From a virus (lineage: Duplodnaviria; Caudoviricetes): a DNA stretch of 64,000 bases. The stretch is taken from IMG/VR virus record IMGVR_UViG_3300028591_000121, positions 1 to 64,000 of that record. The stretch is one strand, 5' to 3'. The notes under the pieces were generated by a model. The model had not been told where the DNA came from. It made no database searches and saw nothing but the letters and a program-made list of their open reading frames with translations. The position numbers were made by a program, and so were the translations under genes. Below, piece after piece: positions 1 through 13,269 of the stretch (its first letter is position 1; each line of letters starts with the position of its first letter).

Positions 1-3000
1 TTTTAATGTTACTACTTCCGTCAGCTAATTCTACGCCTGTAGAATAAGAGTCAAATGTGGAATAGCTTCCTTCTTCAACATCCCATCCCTTAGCGTTCAT
101 GGCTTGCCAAGGAACTTTCTTACGATTAAAAGTAACACCGCTTCTCTCATCGATCAAGCTTTGTCCATATTGTTCAAGTTGATCTCTTGTCATCCCGGCG
201 GCTTTAGCAACTTTATTCCAGGCTTCTTCCTGTCCTTTGGCTACCTTCTGACCTTTCGAGCTTTCGATCTCGGCATTAATAGCTTCTATTGTATTCTTGT
301 AAAGAAGTACATCTTCGTTGAGTTTTGTCCATACGGAATCCCAACCGACCCCAGCTTTTAATAAGTCCTGATTAACTTGAGCATATGTTGCCAGATTCTC
401 AACAGCTTCATTCCATTTGTCAGTTCCCTTTTCAAGAACATTATCCTGAATAGCAGAGTACTGACCAAGAGCTTTATGTAAGTCGTTGATTCCTTTCCGC
501 ATCGCCTCAGCCTGAGTATGGAACTCACTTGTTCCGGCTTTCTTAGGATCAAGCAGAGTAGAAGTTCCGGGGAGAACTTTCTTCGTTCTGTCATCCGTGT
601 CTTCATAGAGCTTCAGTAATTTCTTATCGAGGTTGTACTTGATCTTTTCTACTACATCATCAGTAATATTATTTGCTTCTTCAGATGTAATGCCAAGATA
701 CTCAAGCATCTTCTTCTTATCAGTAGACTTTGCTCCGTCATAAAGCTTATGGAAAGCTTCAGAGAAGTTATCGACATTCACGCCGTCAAGCTTAGTCTGT
801 AACGTCTCAAGGAAATACATAGTTTCTTCAGCGGACTTGGTAGTCTCACCCGTTGCATCAGAGAATGCGGCTTTCAGAGCAGTCGACCAACCTTCAACAG
901 AGTTCGTAACCTTAGACATGAACTCTTCATCCCAGACAGTCTCTGCAAACTTATCTGAGTCAGGAGTAAACTCTTGTTCAGCAAGGTATTCGATAATTTT
1001 TTTCCTTATACTCTCTTCAAACCCGCTGACTAATTCAAATACAGCATCTGCGTTTCCGTCTTCCGCTGTTTTAGCCATTAACTCCAGATACGGATCAAGT
1101 TCGTTTGTGGCATTCTTGGCATCTTCAGCAAGTTGTTCATTTTGCGCTGTCCTGTTTTCAACTTCTGATTTATACTCTTCAATCCATTCTGCTTGCATGT
1201 CATACCAATACGCCATCAAGTCAGCTACAGTGAAAGCTGATTCGTTTGTAATATCTGTGCCAACTTTTTCAAGCTCAGGCATACGTGCAATCATCTTATC
1301 GTATAAAGGCTTATTGTTTTCCTTTATTGTATTTAGTCTTGCGTTGAATGTTTCCGTATTGTAAGTACCGTCTTCCCGTCTATCTCCCAAAAACTTTTCA
1401 TACTGATCTTGGAAACCCTTAGACCAGGCTCTCATTGCGTCATCTTGTTTCTTTACAAGATCCTCAACTGTTTCCTGTTTAGGAGTTTCCGTGGAAGATG
1501 TTGCCTGTTCAGCGGTCTTTACCATGTCATCGCCAAGTTTTTTCAGAGTTCCGTCATAAAGATCATTATACTTGTCTACGAGATCATTATACGCTTTTTG
1601 ATTTTCTTTTGTCGGTTCAGCGTTAAAAGTATCAAAAGCAGTCTGAAGTTCTTTGTCTGCTTTTTTAAGTTCTACTGCTCGTTCTTCTTGATTTTTCTTA
1701 TATTCAGAATTTGCAGAGACATACAACTTTTTGATTTGATCGGCGGTGTTTTTGAACTCTCCTGTATAATCTTCATTATCCCAATCAAATTGATCAATTA
1801 TAGCCTCGGCTTGTTCATTTAATGCTTCAGCCATAAACGACGGCAAATTAGAATCATCAATAAATGCTCGAAGCAGTTCACCCGTCATATTTCTAATTTC
1901 GTTTTTCTGACTCTCAAGTTGACCAGCATTTACGGCATAACTATCTATTGTCTCTGTAACTGCATCAATAAAAGCTTGGTTTTCTTTTCGTGAGAATAAA
2001 GCTTCAGTATATTCCTTATAATCATTCGGGTCAGCAAGCTCATAATTACCCAAAGCTAATGGACTTAATTTGTATGGTTGTCCATTTGGTTTCATAATCC
2101 CTAAATGATCTGCAAAATACTCGGATATCTCATCAAATGCTTCATAAGATTTAAGACCCTCATTGGTATTATCTATTATCGTATCTATGAGCATCTGTTC
2201 AATCATTTCTCTGGCACTATATTTTACTCCGCCTTTTTCAAATATATAAGTTCCATTTGAACTTTGCGTAGAAAAGCCATAATTAGTACCAGTATATTCA
2301 AATATGCCTTGCATTTTAGAACGTTGAGCTGCAACGTCATCTTCTAATGTTTTTGCTTTCTTCGTAGATTCAGCCAAAGTCGGCAAAGATTCCTAGGCTT
2401 TTTGTCTGGCAACTTCTTTTGATAATTCAATATTGCGCTCAAGCTGTTCATTAACAGCATTAATAACGCCTTCTTGATAGGAATATACATCGCTTACCCC
2501 TTGTAAAGCATCCCGAACTCCCGGAGACATCGACTCTAATTGAGAAAGTATCTCTTTAAGTCGAGCAGTATCATCCGCACTCTTGTCCGCCTTTAAAGAT
2601 AATTCTGCATATTCATCTCTCTATGATTTGAGGCTTGTATTGTCTTTAATCATATCTTGCTGTGCAGTCGAAACATCTTTAATCGCTTGCTTTGATTTGT
2701 CAATACTATCTTGTAGACCTTTAAATTTATCAGCCATTGTAGGCACGTCATGGCTAATCATAGCACCAAGTAAAGACACAATAGCAATAACAGCCGCCAC
2801 TCCTGCGACAACCAAACCAATCTTAGTTCCAAAAGATCCTCCGGCAGTAAACCATTCGACTAAACTCATTCCTGCCATCGTCTTTTTAAGTGAAGCAAAT
2901 CCCGCAATCTATGCAACTATCCCTCCAGTTACGACAGGAATAATCACATTAAATCCACTCATACTTTCTGTCGCTTGGACAAAACCGTTTGCAATTCCTG

Positions 3001-6000
3001 CTCCAATATCATGTAATCCTTTAATAGTGTTTGCGTTTAATAAAGAGGAGTACACATTTTCCAAAGCCTGTTTGAATCTATCAGCGGCTGCCGTTGCGGA
3101 TTCCATATAAGTAGCGTAGCTATTTGCAACAGAACCAGAACTATTCATAGCGATATTGTAAAGTTCCATCGCACGAGAAGCACCTTCGTCCGCCTTAGCC
3201 AAGTCATTCATTAAGGCGATAAAGAAGTTCTGTTGACGAGTGCCGGCCATTGTAGTGGAGATATAAGATTTCTGTTTGTCAGTCAGATCGTCCCACTTTG
3301 TACCAATATCTTCGAATATCTCATTCAAGTCTCTCCAGTTGCCTTCTGTATCCATAAGAGTTACACCGATAGTACGAAGAGCTTTAGCTACGTCATTGAT
3401 CTTCGTCTCGTCTTCTTCGTTAAAACCAGTCTGCTTAATTTGACGAAGACGTGCAATCATTGTATTTAAAGAAGTTCCGACTGCTTCAGGAGCAAGTCGA
3501 GTCTTTTCAGAAAGAGTTGCTATATAGGCAGAAAGATATTCCAAAGAAAGTCCTGCTTCACCCGCAACGCTTGCAACCTTCTGAGCAGCAGTACCAATTT
3601 CTTCACCACTACTTGCAGCTGCATTACCGACAGCGGTAAACATACTTGCGACTTCTTCCGCATTGTAACCTACTCTAGTCGTAACCTCTCCTGCTTCTTC
3701 AACTGTCCGCACATAACTTGAATAAGCATTTATAGTTGCGGTCATTAATTCAGTGGCAGTGTTTATTTCGAGTCCAGAAGTCTTTGAATACATTGTTATA
3801 TATTTCAGACGCTCATTCACTTGTTCGTCGCTCAAGCCCTGACGATACAGAGTAATTGCAGACTTTGCGAGTTCTTGAGAAGTTATATTCATTTCCTTCG
3901 CAAGCTGGCGATAATTCTGACCGAGAACCAGAGATTCTTCCTCACTCTTACCAGTAACAATACGGATCTCATTCAGTGCATCGTAATATTCTGTTACATA
4001 CGAAGTTGCATTCTTCCAGAGAGTACGGAGTCCTCGCATCTAAATATAAGTCTTCGCAAGTTGAGCCAATCTGTCGAGAGATCTGTTATCTGCCTTCTCA
4101 TTATTATCGGAATTCTTTCTTTGTTCTTGGCCTAATTCTCCGATAGCTTTTTTCATTTCCCCTACATTCTTAGCCAACTCTTTATACTTATCAGACTCTT
4201 TATCCTATAAGGACATATATTGTTCTGCGTCTTTGATTGCATTCTTATATTTAGAAATTGTTACCTCAGCACTTTCTTGTTCCGTAGAGTCTCCAGACTC
4301 TTTAGCTGCTTTATATCTTTCTATTGCCTTTGTAAGTTCGTCGTAAGAATCAGCAAAATTTTTTCTATTCAAAGCCATTTCTGAATATGAACGAGCCGCG
4401 TCGGCAGAAGTAGCTGCTTTCTTAACAGCTTCGAGCTTTTCATATTCTTTGTGTTCTCTTTTGATCTGCTCAATTCTTCTCTCTGCGTCTTCGAGTTCTA
4501 CTCTTTCAGCTCCAGTTAATGAATGCTGTGCTCGTTTCTCGTACAGTCTCTGAATATCTTCATACTTCTGAAGCTATTCAGTCTATGCGGCAGATGCCTC
4601 ATTCTGAGTTTTTGTTATTTGAGAATTCTGGAAAGCCATTTCCTGTTCTTTTGCAAGGTCTCTGTAAGCTTCCTGACACTTTTGCACTGTCGCATACAGA
4701 CTATTAAATGCTGTGTCCTAGGTATTAACTTGCGTGTCATCCCCAGTCTTCTCGAACTCGGCCTGAGCTTTTTCTCTCAGATTCAGAACAGCCTGCATCC
4801 TAGCATACAGAACGTTTACGTAATCCTTGTCTTCGCCATCATTTATGCTGCCAGGGGTAAAACCTTTTTTACCCGCAGTCACTTCAGCTAGTTTAAGTCT
4901 TAATTCTGTAAGCTTATTCTATTCATTCTCCATCTCGTCCGCATCCAGTAGTCCAGTTGCCATATTTGCTTTGGCTTCATTAATGCGTTTGTATAACGAT
5001 TCGACCTCAGCCCTCGTAGCTTTTAATTCTTTGGCTTCCTTACTTTCGTTTTTCGATGCGTCCCTACGGGCTTCATCTGTTTTCAGTTTAGCTTTACGTA
5101 AATTCAACTAAGCTTCTGTTTCTTCTTCTATTTCTGATATTGAATTCTCTCTATTTTGATTAGTATACGGAGCATTCTGAGCATCTTTTAATGCCTCTTT
5201 GATTTTATTTATTTTTTCTATTGTCTTATCTATTTCAACTTGCAGAGCTTCATAGTAATCTTCTCCGGGCTTATATTTTAGCTGATCATTTTGAAGCTCC
5301 CTTTGTCTTTTAGTAAGTTTTTCCCACTCGTCATAATATTTTTTCACACGAGCAGTACCTTCATCAACCTCTTCATTAGCTTCATCAATAGCAGCTTTGG
5401 TACGGGTTAAGTCAAGATTGTGGTATGCAGTCCTGCGCTCTATACGGGCTTCTCTGTTTTTATCACGATCAGCTTCGTCATAATTTAAGAAACCTTTTGA
5501 CGTTATATTACCGTCTACATCTTTAACACCGTTCTTGACTTTATCCATTAACTCCTATAAAGTATTCATTTCTTCCTGAGCTTTATCGATCGTATCAGTA
5601 GGAGTATTATCAGGGAAGGATTGAAGTCTTTTTTGAACAGCATACAATCTTTGCTCATATTCTTCGTATTCTTTATAAAGTTGGCTAACTTCATCAGACA
5701 CACGTTTTCTTTTTGCTTCCGTATTATCGGTCTTTGTTTCGTCAGTCTTCTTTATACTATCTCCGACCTTCGAACCGTCTGTAGCTGCTTTATGAATTGC
5801 GTCAAGATTTATTCCGGCAACCGCTGTCTCTATAGATTTTATAGCATCAACAAGAGTTTTAATCGCTTCAATAGCGGGACCAAAATTAAACGCCGTATTA
5901 ATATTTGCAATCTTTTCAGGAATCTGCGCCGTAGCTTCGTCGAATCCTTTAAACAATCCGCTGAAATCAATTGCCGGAACTGCTTTTAACTGACCGTTCG

Positions 6001-9000
6001 CTTGATTAATAGCGTTAATAATTCCATTAGTCATCTGAGTAATTTGCTGTCCTGCTTGAGCTGCCACACCACCGCCACCGGCTCCGCTTGTAACCGTGGC
6101 AGTAGAAGTATCGAACACCGCCATAGGATCTTTAAATTTAGAAACATCTCCTTTTAAAGCTCCCATCAACGACTCAACAGTAAGTCCCATTTCTGAAGCA
6201 ACCTGTTCAACAGTAGGTTTCTACAACGCCATTCTTTCCTCAGCGGTCTTTGCTTCAGAAAGAAGTCTATTCATAACTTCTTCTCTAGCTGTAAAGAATT
6301 TATGAAAGATATCAAATTCAGATCCTTGCAGTATTTGTCCGTCTTTATCTAACATGCCTGCATCTTGCGCGGCTTTTTGTTTTTCCAGGAATGTTTTACG
6401 CTATTCATCTCTTTTACGGAAAGCTTCCGAAAGAGCTTCTTCAATCTCTTCCTGCTTTACATTATATAAATCAATAGTATCTTGGCTTATCGCACCGACT
6501 GCAAAATTATCTTGTCTACGATATAAGAAGTCAGATTTATTTTCCATCTGTGCTACTTCTTGAAGTTGCGCTTCGTATTCTTTTTTGGCAGCACTAAATT
6601 CTTTAAAGATGGGAAGATATTTCTGAACATACTTTGTATAATCTTCGGAGATTTTAAGTTCACCCTGGAGATCTTCCATAAGTTGCTGTAATTGCAATTG
6701 ACTATCCTAAGACGGATTGGAATGTTCTCCTACTCTAATATTGTTAGCAGATACGATAGGTTCTATTTCTTTACCTATTACATCTCGAATATGCTCTGCT
6801 TCTTTTAATTCTGCTTGCAAAGCTGCGAGTTCTGCTTCGAGCGCATTTGTTGCATTATCTTTATCGTTTTCGGTAGTCCCTGTGACACGCATCCTCGCAT
6901 AACTGACTTCACGTAAAGATTGTAAAGATTCTATTAATGATTCATGCGCTTCTTTGTAACGAGCTAAAGGCCCATTCTCATAATCGGAAACAAGTTGCTC
7001 ATGCTTCTTTACGGCTTCTTCAATTTTTGTTTTTAAAGCTTGAAACTCCTTATATCTCTCGTCAAGAACATTTAATGCAGCATCATCTTCTGCTTGTGTT
7101 GCTTCTCCTCTGGAATACTTAGCATGAGTTTCTTGATAAGCTTTATCGGCTTCTTCCATTAACTGCTTCTGTTTACCATAGGCTTCAATAAGCTCATTCA
7201 CATTTTTTGTATCTTCTTCAATGGCTCTCTTTGCTTCATCGGCATTAGCTTTAGCTTCAGTATCTTTTGTTTTGGCATTTTTGTATTTTGTAATAACACC
7301 GTTAGTATTCTGTAAAAGATCCATATCTTTTTCATACTGATCCTAATCAGCTTTATACTCTGCAGCAATTCTCTTAAAATCATCACGCTTTAACTTTGCA
7401 GCCTTCAACTTTTCCTGTATCTCGTTTGTTTCTTCTTGTTCGTTTTCAGCACCAATGGCTTGAATTTCCAATGTTTGAAGTTCTTTCCTTGCACGTTGAA
7501 GATCGTCTGCTAGAGTTTTTAATGTGCTCTTTTTTTCTTCAATTCGCTTTCTGACTTTTTCTATTTCTTCTTTTTCAGCATCATCAAAATCTTGTGCTCG
7601 CAGTTCACCCCATGTAAAATTACTTTCTGGACTGATCATAGTATATAAATCAGAACCAGCAATTTGAGGAGTTTCTGCTTTACTTGTCATACTTGCATAA
7701 TTCTTACTAATCTTATCAATCTCATCTTGAGAATCGCTGATTTCTTTTTCGGATTCACTAATTAACGACAAGGTCTTTGCAATCTGTTCTTTTTTAGCTT
7801 GAATAGCCTTCTTTAGATTCTCATATTCGCCTTTACTAGTATGAAGAGAAAGTTCCTGTTCGAGCTTATGAACCTGCTCATCCGCTTCATTAAACTTATC
7901 TATATTGTGAGTCAATTCCGTATAAGCTTCTTCTGCATCCCAAGCAGTCGATAAAGCTGGGTTTATTCTTCTGTATCCATTATAAGCAAGACTAGTATCC
8001 GATAATTGATCTATCTCATCTTGTATATCGTTAACAGCTTTAATTGCATCCAGATATCCTTTTATCTTTCTAATCGTCTTCTGCTTGTCATTCTCAAACT
8101 GAGACATCTGCTGATCTACAGCATCTACTTCTTTCAAATGGGTAGCAACTCGTTCAGCGACTTCTTTTTTGCCACCTTCTAAACTGAGATTAGCACGAGC
8201 CTCATTTAAAGCACTAAACTTTTCACTTATTTGCTTGTATTCTTCAATCGTTGAATCTATCTGAGGTAACAAATCCGGCGTTTTAAGTTTTGCTGCTTCC
8301 GCTCGTTTCTCAATAGATTCCTGATAGGCTTGAGCATATTCAACAGCGGCTTCTCCGGCTTCAGTAAGTTTCTTCCCGTCTTTCTGGTCTTTAGTGGAAA
8401 CAGTCTCATACATTCCATCTTGAATACGTTTCTCGGCTTCGGCCATTCTCTGCTAGGCTTTAAGAGATTCCTCATCCTATTGACTTTGCGTGTTCGTAGC
8501 AATAACAAGCTGGTCATTAATTAACTTACTTCTGCGTGTCATGATATCCGCAATTTGTCCAGAAACAGATCTATTCTCTTCTTCCAAGGGATCTAAGACT
8601 TTAGACAAATCTCTCTTTTTACTTTGTAAATCACTTAAAGCTTTTTGATCATCTTCAGTCTTTTTATCCTTGCCTTTAATTGCTTCAATCTGCGCATCAA
8701 TCTCTTGCTCTTGTGCTCTCTAAGGTTTTAATTTATCTAATAACTTATCTCGTTCTGCTAATAATTCGTCAAGTTGATTATTATAATCATTAATTTGTTT
8801 ACCAGAACTCATTCGCTCCAGTAATTTCTTATTCGCTTCCTTATGTCCAGGGAACAGAATTTCCATCAACTCATTTTGAGCACGTTCTCTTTCTGCTTGA
8901 AGTGCTTTCTATTCTGCCTTGTCATTTGCTAAATTCTTTTTTGCTTTTTCAACGGCTTCAATGGCGGAATCTATTTTCTTCTGTTCATCAGCGGTAGGTT

Positions 9001-11353
9001 CTCTTTCCAGATAAACACCGGCTTCGTCAGTTTTTCTTCTACCGGTAGCTTTATCTATTTCATATTTCGCGTTATCTGCTTGTTTTTTAATTTCATTTGC
9101 AGCCTGAAGGGCTTCTCTTCGTGCAGTAACCAACTTTCCTGTTAACTTAGTACGATTTTCGATGTCCTTAATTTCTGCTTCTGCCTTCGCAATTTCTTCC
9201 TTTAAACTTTCTTGTGTGTTTTCTTCAGGTTGCCAAGGGACTCGAACAGCAATCGTCTTTGCTGATTGTGCTATTTCAGCCTGAGCTTGATTAACAGCCT
9301 GTTGCGAAGTAACGGCCTGAGCTTTTAATTTATTCTAATTCGCAGTATTCTCTGCGATTCTTTTTATTAATTCATCTTTTTTTTCTTCTAAAGCTGTTTC
9401 ATCGTCCTCTAATTCAGAGATTCTATCTCGTGGATCTTCCAATGCGGTATCATCCTAGTCGATCACGATATCTTCATCGCTATTATTAATTGCTTCAGCG
9501 ACATCTTCCAATGACGTGACTTTAGAAGCTTCTTCTTTTAACTCTTTCTTCTTTTCCCTCTACTCCGCTAATTCTTTTTTCAAATTATCTAAAGCTACGT
9601 TATCTTCCTCAATATCTTGAGTCTATGCTTCTATTAACATATTCCTTCCTTCGTTGGATATTCCAGAAGATGTAGAAGCACCGACTACTGGCTGTGTCGA
9701 ATCCGCAAGTTCATTATTTAACTGTCCTACCTTGCTAACCGCTTCTTGTGTCGCAACCGCAAATTGATTCATTCCTGCTGTCATCTGTCCTAAATAAATA
9801 TTAACACCATTGCCGGAACTAAAAGCCGCCGCAATGCTTTCAATATTTGCACGGATAGATTCAACTGAAGTAGTCAATAAAGCCATCTGAGCAGGATCGA
9901 TATTGATAATATTACCAGTGGTTTCTTTCAAACCCTACGCAGCCTTTTTCGAAATTCCTGTGAGGGCTTTAAAAGCACTATTGCTAATTTTGTTAAGAGT
10001 ATCTTCATCCATTTCACTGGTAATCTTAGCGATCTCGTTTTTTTCCTGTTCGGTCACTTGCTGATAAACCTTTACCAATGCACCGATCTCATTCTGAGCT
10101 ATCTTGCTCATGCCAGATAAAAGTCTCTTAAAATCACCAAGGCTTTCTACGACATTAGAAATATCAAATCCTTGAATTGATTCAAGAGCAGTCGTAATAT
10201 CTCCAGATCTTGAAACCACGTCATTTGTAAGACCAATTAATTGCTGTTGCATTTGTGAAAGATTCTGCACGGTGGCTTCAAGGGTTAACCCCTTCATCGC
10301 ATCATTAAAAGACTTTATCATTGTAGAAAGAGAATCACCAACTGGAGTCGCTTTATCTTGAATATCCGTAAGAGAATCAGATATCTGCTTTAACTGCTCA
10401 ACCGCTTGAATCTCAATCGTTTGATCTGCCTTAGTGCCATTTTTTATTTCTTGAACAAACTCCTAATATTTTTCTCTAATTCTTTTAAAAGCACTTTCGA
10501 ACGGGCTAACCATTCTATCCTAAATCTGACCCCAGTTATTTTCAAAATTCCTGAACTCATCACCGTTCATTACTTTCGCAAGAGATCTCATATTATCAAT
10601 CATCACTTGCTCATTAAGAGATCCTGCCTTCACCGCATCTGCATAACCTTGGTAAAGTCTAGCCATTAAATTTAAGGATTGCGTTGTCTGCTTATAAATC
10701 TGATTAGCTTTCCCGTCATCAGTCTTCGTAACAGAAAACGCAGTCTGCTATTGATCTACATGCTTTGACATTTTATCCATTGCAGATTCAAGATCTTGTA
10801 TTTGATTAAGAGCACTCTCAAAAGGTTTCTTTGTGACTATTCCTTCCTTGTTCATACTCCCATTAAAAATTCTTGCCAGCCTATTCATCTCTTTGCTGAA
10901 AGCTGCGATCTTTTCTTTGAAATCCGCAAGCGGAACAATATTATCTAAATCAACTGCCTTCCCGCTATCGATTGCATTCTTTACGTCTGCGCTGGTTGTG
11001 TTGAAAGCTTTCCCGATTCGTTCGATTTGTCCAACGACACCACTTAAATCCGCTTTGGCAAAGACAGATTCCATCTTAGTAACAGTTGCGCTGAATTTAT
11101 CGACACTTGTGGACATTTTGCCGAAATCGACAGTAGCGACACGACTAGCAAAGTCATCCAGTACCCTCGTTACTTGACGATTCATCCCGCTAATCACATT
11201 AACCATATCATTAATCTGAGTTTTCAGCGGAGATAAGTCAAGAGATTTGCCTGTTTTACTTTGGAAAGCGTCTACGCTTTTAGAAGCTTCCTGTAAACTT
11301 TTTATTAAACCAGATACATCAAGGTCTAAACTAGCAATAACTTCTTCTGCCAT
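1..11353 (-). CDS. Tail tape measure protein, >3,780 aa, runs off the left edge; continuous only with TAG read as a sense codon (Leu)
   Basis: ORF-track fragments 10748-11353, 9935-10321, 9623-9931, 8909-9133, 7343-8446, 6707-7324, 6401-6697, 5555-6190, 5108-5548, 4919-5107, 2909-4039 and 2621-2878 share one frame, and the fragment ends I checked are TAG. Coiled-coil composition; TP901-type tape-measure core at ~2909-4039 (EAVGTSLNTMIARL, AGTRQQN); hydrophobic segments at 2700-2950. Confidence 0.92.
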
Positions 11354-11381
11354 TCCCCATCACGTCCTTTCGTATTTTAAT

Positions 11382-11412
11382 AGTAGAGAGGACGTGTCGC
11401 ATCCTCTCTACT
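11382..11412 (-). terminator. Hairpin (possible terminator or processing site) upstream of the tape measure gene
   Basis: Inverted repeat AGTAGAGAGGA...TCCTCTCTACT. Confidence 0.45.
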
Positions 11413-11419
11413 GTCTTAC

Positions 11420-12037
11420 TCACTTATCGTTCTTTTTAAAATCAAAAACCTGACCATTCGTGTAAAGCTTGCCATCCTTTACGACAGGCCTATCTTCTCT
11501 TGCATTCCGATCATTCAGCAGATTAAGACTTCCTGCTGCTTCCTGGATCATTTCAATCTGCTTATTCATATCATCGGTATTAGAAACATCTCCAAGGAGT
11601 TTCTTAATAAAATGAGCAAGAGAATGCTGTTGATCATACTGTTCTTTTACAGCATCAATCATAAGATTAATCATCTCATCACACCGACTCCAGTCATCTG
11701 CAATCACTTCATAAATCTTATCCAGTACTTCTTCTGCTACCAACCAATCATACAGTTCCATCCAACTCTGGAAACCGCCAGTAAGATCCGCATTGATATT
11801 AGTATAGAAAGCGATCACTCCAATTGTCTGAACCAACGGCCATCTCCAACTAAGAGTGTACACTTCGTTCTCTTTATCTTCAATGGAAATAAACTGTACA
11901 ATAACCTGAGCAAGACGTTCTTTACTCTCATAAGAAATCCACTTCTGAACTTCGATAGTGTCTCCGCTCTTGGTAGTAACGTTTACAACTTCAGGCATCT
12001 TAATCATATCTTTAGTCACATTAAATTCCATACTCAC
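11420..12037 (-). CDS. Hypothetical tail-region protein (205 aa, no TAG)
   Basis: Intact ORF between the tail chaperone and tape measure genes. Confidence 0.75.
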   Translation of the reverse strand: MSMEFNVTKDMIKMPEVVNVTTKSGDTIEVQKWISYESKERLAQVIVQFISIEDKENEVYTLSWRWPLVQTIGVIAFYTNINADLTGGFQSWMELYDWLVAEEVLDKIYEVIADDWSRCDEMINLMIDAVKEQYDQQHSLAHFIKKLLGDVSNTDDMNKQIEMIQEAAGSLNLLNDRNAREDRPVVKDGKLYTNGQVFDFKKNDK

Positions 12038-12049
12038 AACCCCTTTACC

Positions 12050-12388
12050 TTAACTCTTCTTTTGATTCCGCTGACTTAAATGTCCGAACAGATCAGCCAG
12101 ACCTCTGTTCTGAGAAGTAACCTTCTGTCCACCTTCTTGAATCAGTGTCATCGGATTATGTTCCATAATCATATCCCAGGATTTCTCTACGAAGCTATTC
12201 CCCGCATAATTTGAAATCCCGTCATACGTAATCCTATGTCCAAGCTGTTCAAGAATATCTTCAAAGAATATATAATTCATCCGATTTATTTGTTTCTCGT
12301 CAACAACTCCAAGATATGTCGCAACAAGGGCAACAGCCTTGTCTAGACTTATTTCGCCCCCTGACTCTTGGGGGCCATCAGGTTTTTT
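12050..12388 (-). CDS. -1 frameshift extension (gpGT-like) of the tail assembly chaperone
   Basis: The -1 frame is open from the slippery heptamer A-AAA-AAC (12388-12382) through ...GEISLDKAVALVATYLG...MNYIFFEDIL to 12050. Confidence 0.75.
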   Translation of the reverse strand, partial: KKPDGPQESGGEISLDKAVALVATYLGVVDEKQINRMNYIFFEDILEQLGHRITYDGISNYAGNSFVEKSWDMIMEHNPMTLIQEGGQKVTSQNRGLADLFGHLSQRNQKKS

Positions 12389-12864
12389 AGCTTTTCTTCC
12401 TTCTCTTTAATCTTATTCACTCGAATAAAAATCTCCACTAGCTTATCGATTGTATCCTGTGTAATAAGATTATAGTTCGTCTTAACAAGCTCCTCATTAT
12501 CCGTAATCGCAATTAACCAGTCGAACGTAGCCTTATCTCCGTCTCGTCCGCCCAGGTCTTTCTCTGTAAAGTTAAGCAGCTCTCCAATCGGATACACTTG
12601 CAATACGTGATAAAAGTTCGCTGTCTTATTTCTAAAATATTCCTACTTGGTTGGGAATATCTCAATCGGAGTATTCCCGAACAGAACCATATTCTCAGGA
12701 TGACCCGTCTTCGGTAATTCCTTCTTTTCGGTTTCTGCGGAAGGAATCTCTTTCTTGTTTTGCTTTGGATCAGGAAGTTCTTTGTGTTCCTGTTCGGTAG
12801 ACGGTGTTTCAACCATCGGCTGTTCAGTGTCTGGGGTATCCTATTTCTTTCTCCTCGTTGCCAT
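12349..12864 (-). CDS. Tail assembly chaperone (gpG-like), 2 in-frame TAG
   Basis: ATG at 12864 with GGAG RBS; TAG at 12841-12843 and 12643-12645 (IFPTK*EYFRN); lies between the major tail and tape measure genes; slippery site near the 3' end. Confidence 0.75.
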
Positions 12865-12926
12865 CGTCCTTCAACTCCTTTAGATAAAAAGAAAATCCCT
12901 ATGCTTCTCACATAGGGTACATTTAT

Positions 12927-13190
12927 TTAGTCAGGATAACATACGTTCTGAAACTTCTTGTATGCATCCAGATAAGTTTCATGTTTATCTCCATTGTGAG
13001 TAATCTCATAATACATCCCGTCAGGAACAACTGTACTCAGTAAGGCTTTCCAATTCTGTAATGTCTTCGAAAACCACACAATGTATACGTCCTTTGCGGT
13101 GATTGCGAAATTATCTGTCTTCTCTGCATGACTGTTAAAGTATTCGCACACCAATTCCTTCGCCCTTTTAAACATAGCATCATTATCCAT
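12927..13190 (-). CDS. Small conserved phage protein (DUF6275-like)
   Basis: Motif VYIVWFSKTLQNWKALLST..DGMYYEITHNGDK.E.YLDAYKK recognised; flanked by hairpins, so it looks like an inserted gene. Confidence 0.65.
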   Translation of the reverse strand: MDNDAMFKRAKELVCEYFNSHAEKTDNFAITAKDVYIVWFSKTLQNWKALLSTVVPDGMYYEITHNGDKHETYLDAYKKFQNVCYPD

Positions 13191-13231
13191 TTCGATTCCT
13201 TCTTCCTTTATACTTTATACTCTATAAAGAC

Positions 13232-13256
13232 GGGAGACGGAATAAATCCGTCTCCC
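13232..13256 (-). terminator. Rho-independent terminator after the major tail gene
   Basis: 10-bp stem GGGAGACGGA-ATAAA-TCCGTCTCCC. Confidence 0.6.
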
Positions 13257-13269
13257 TAGATTAGACTGA

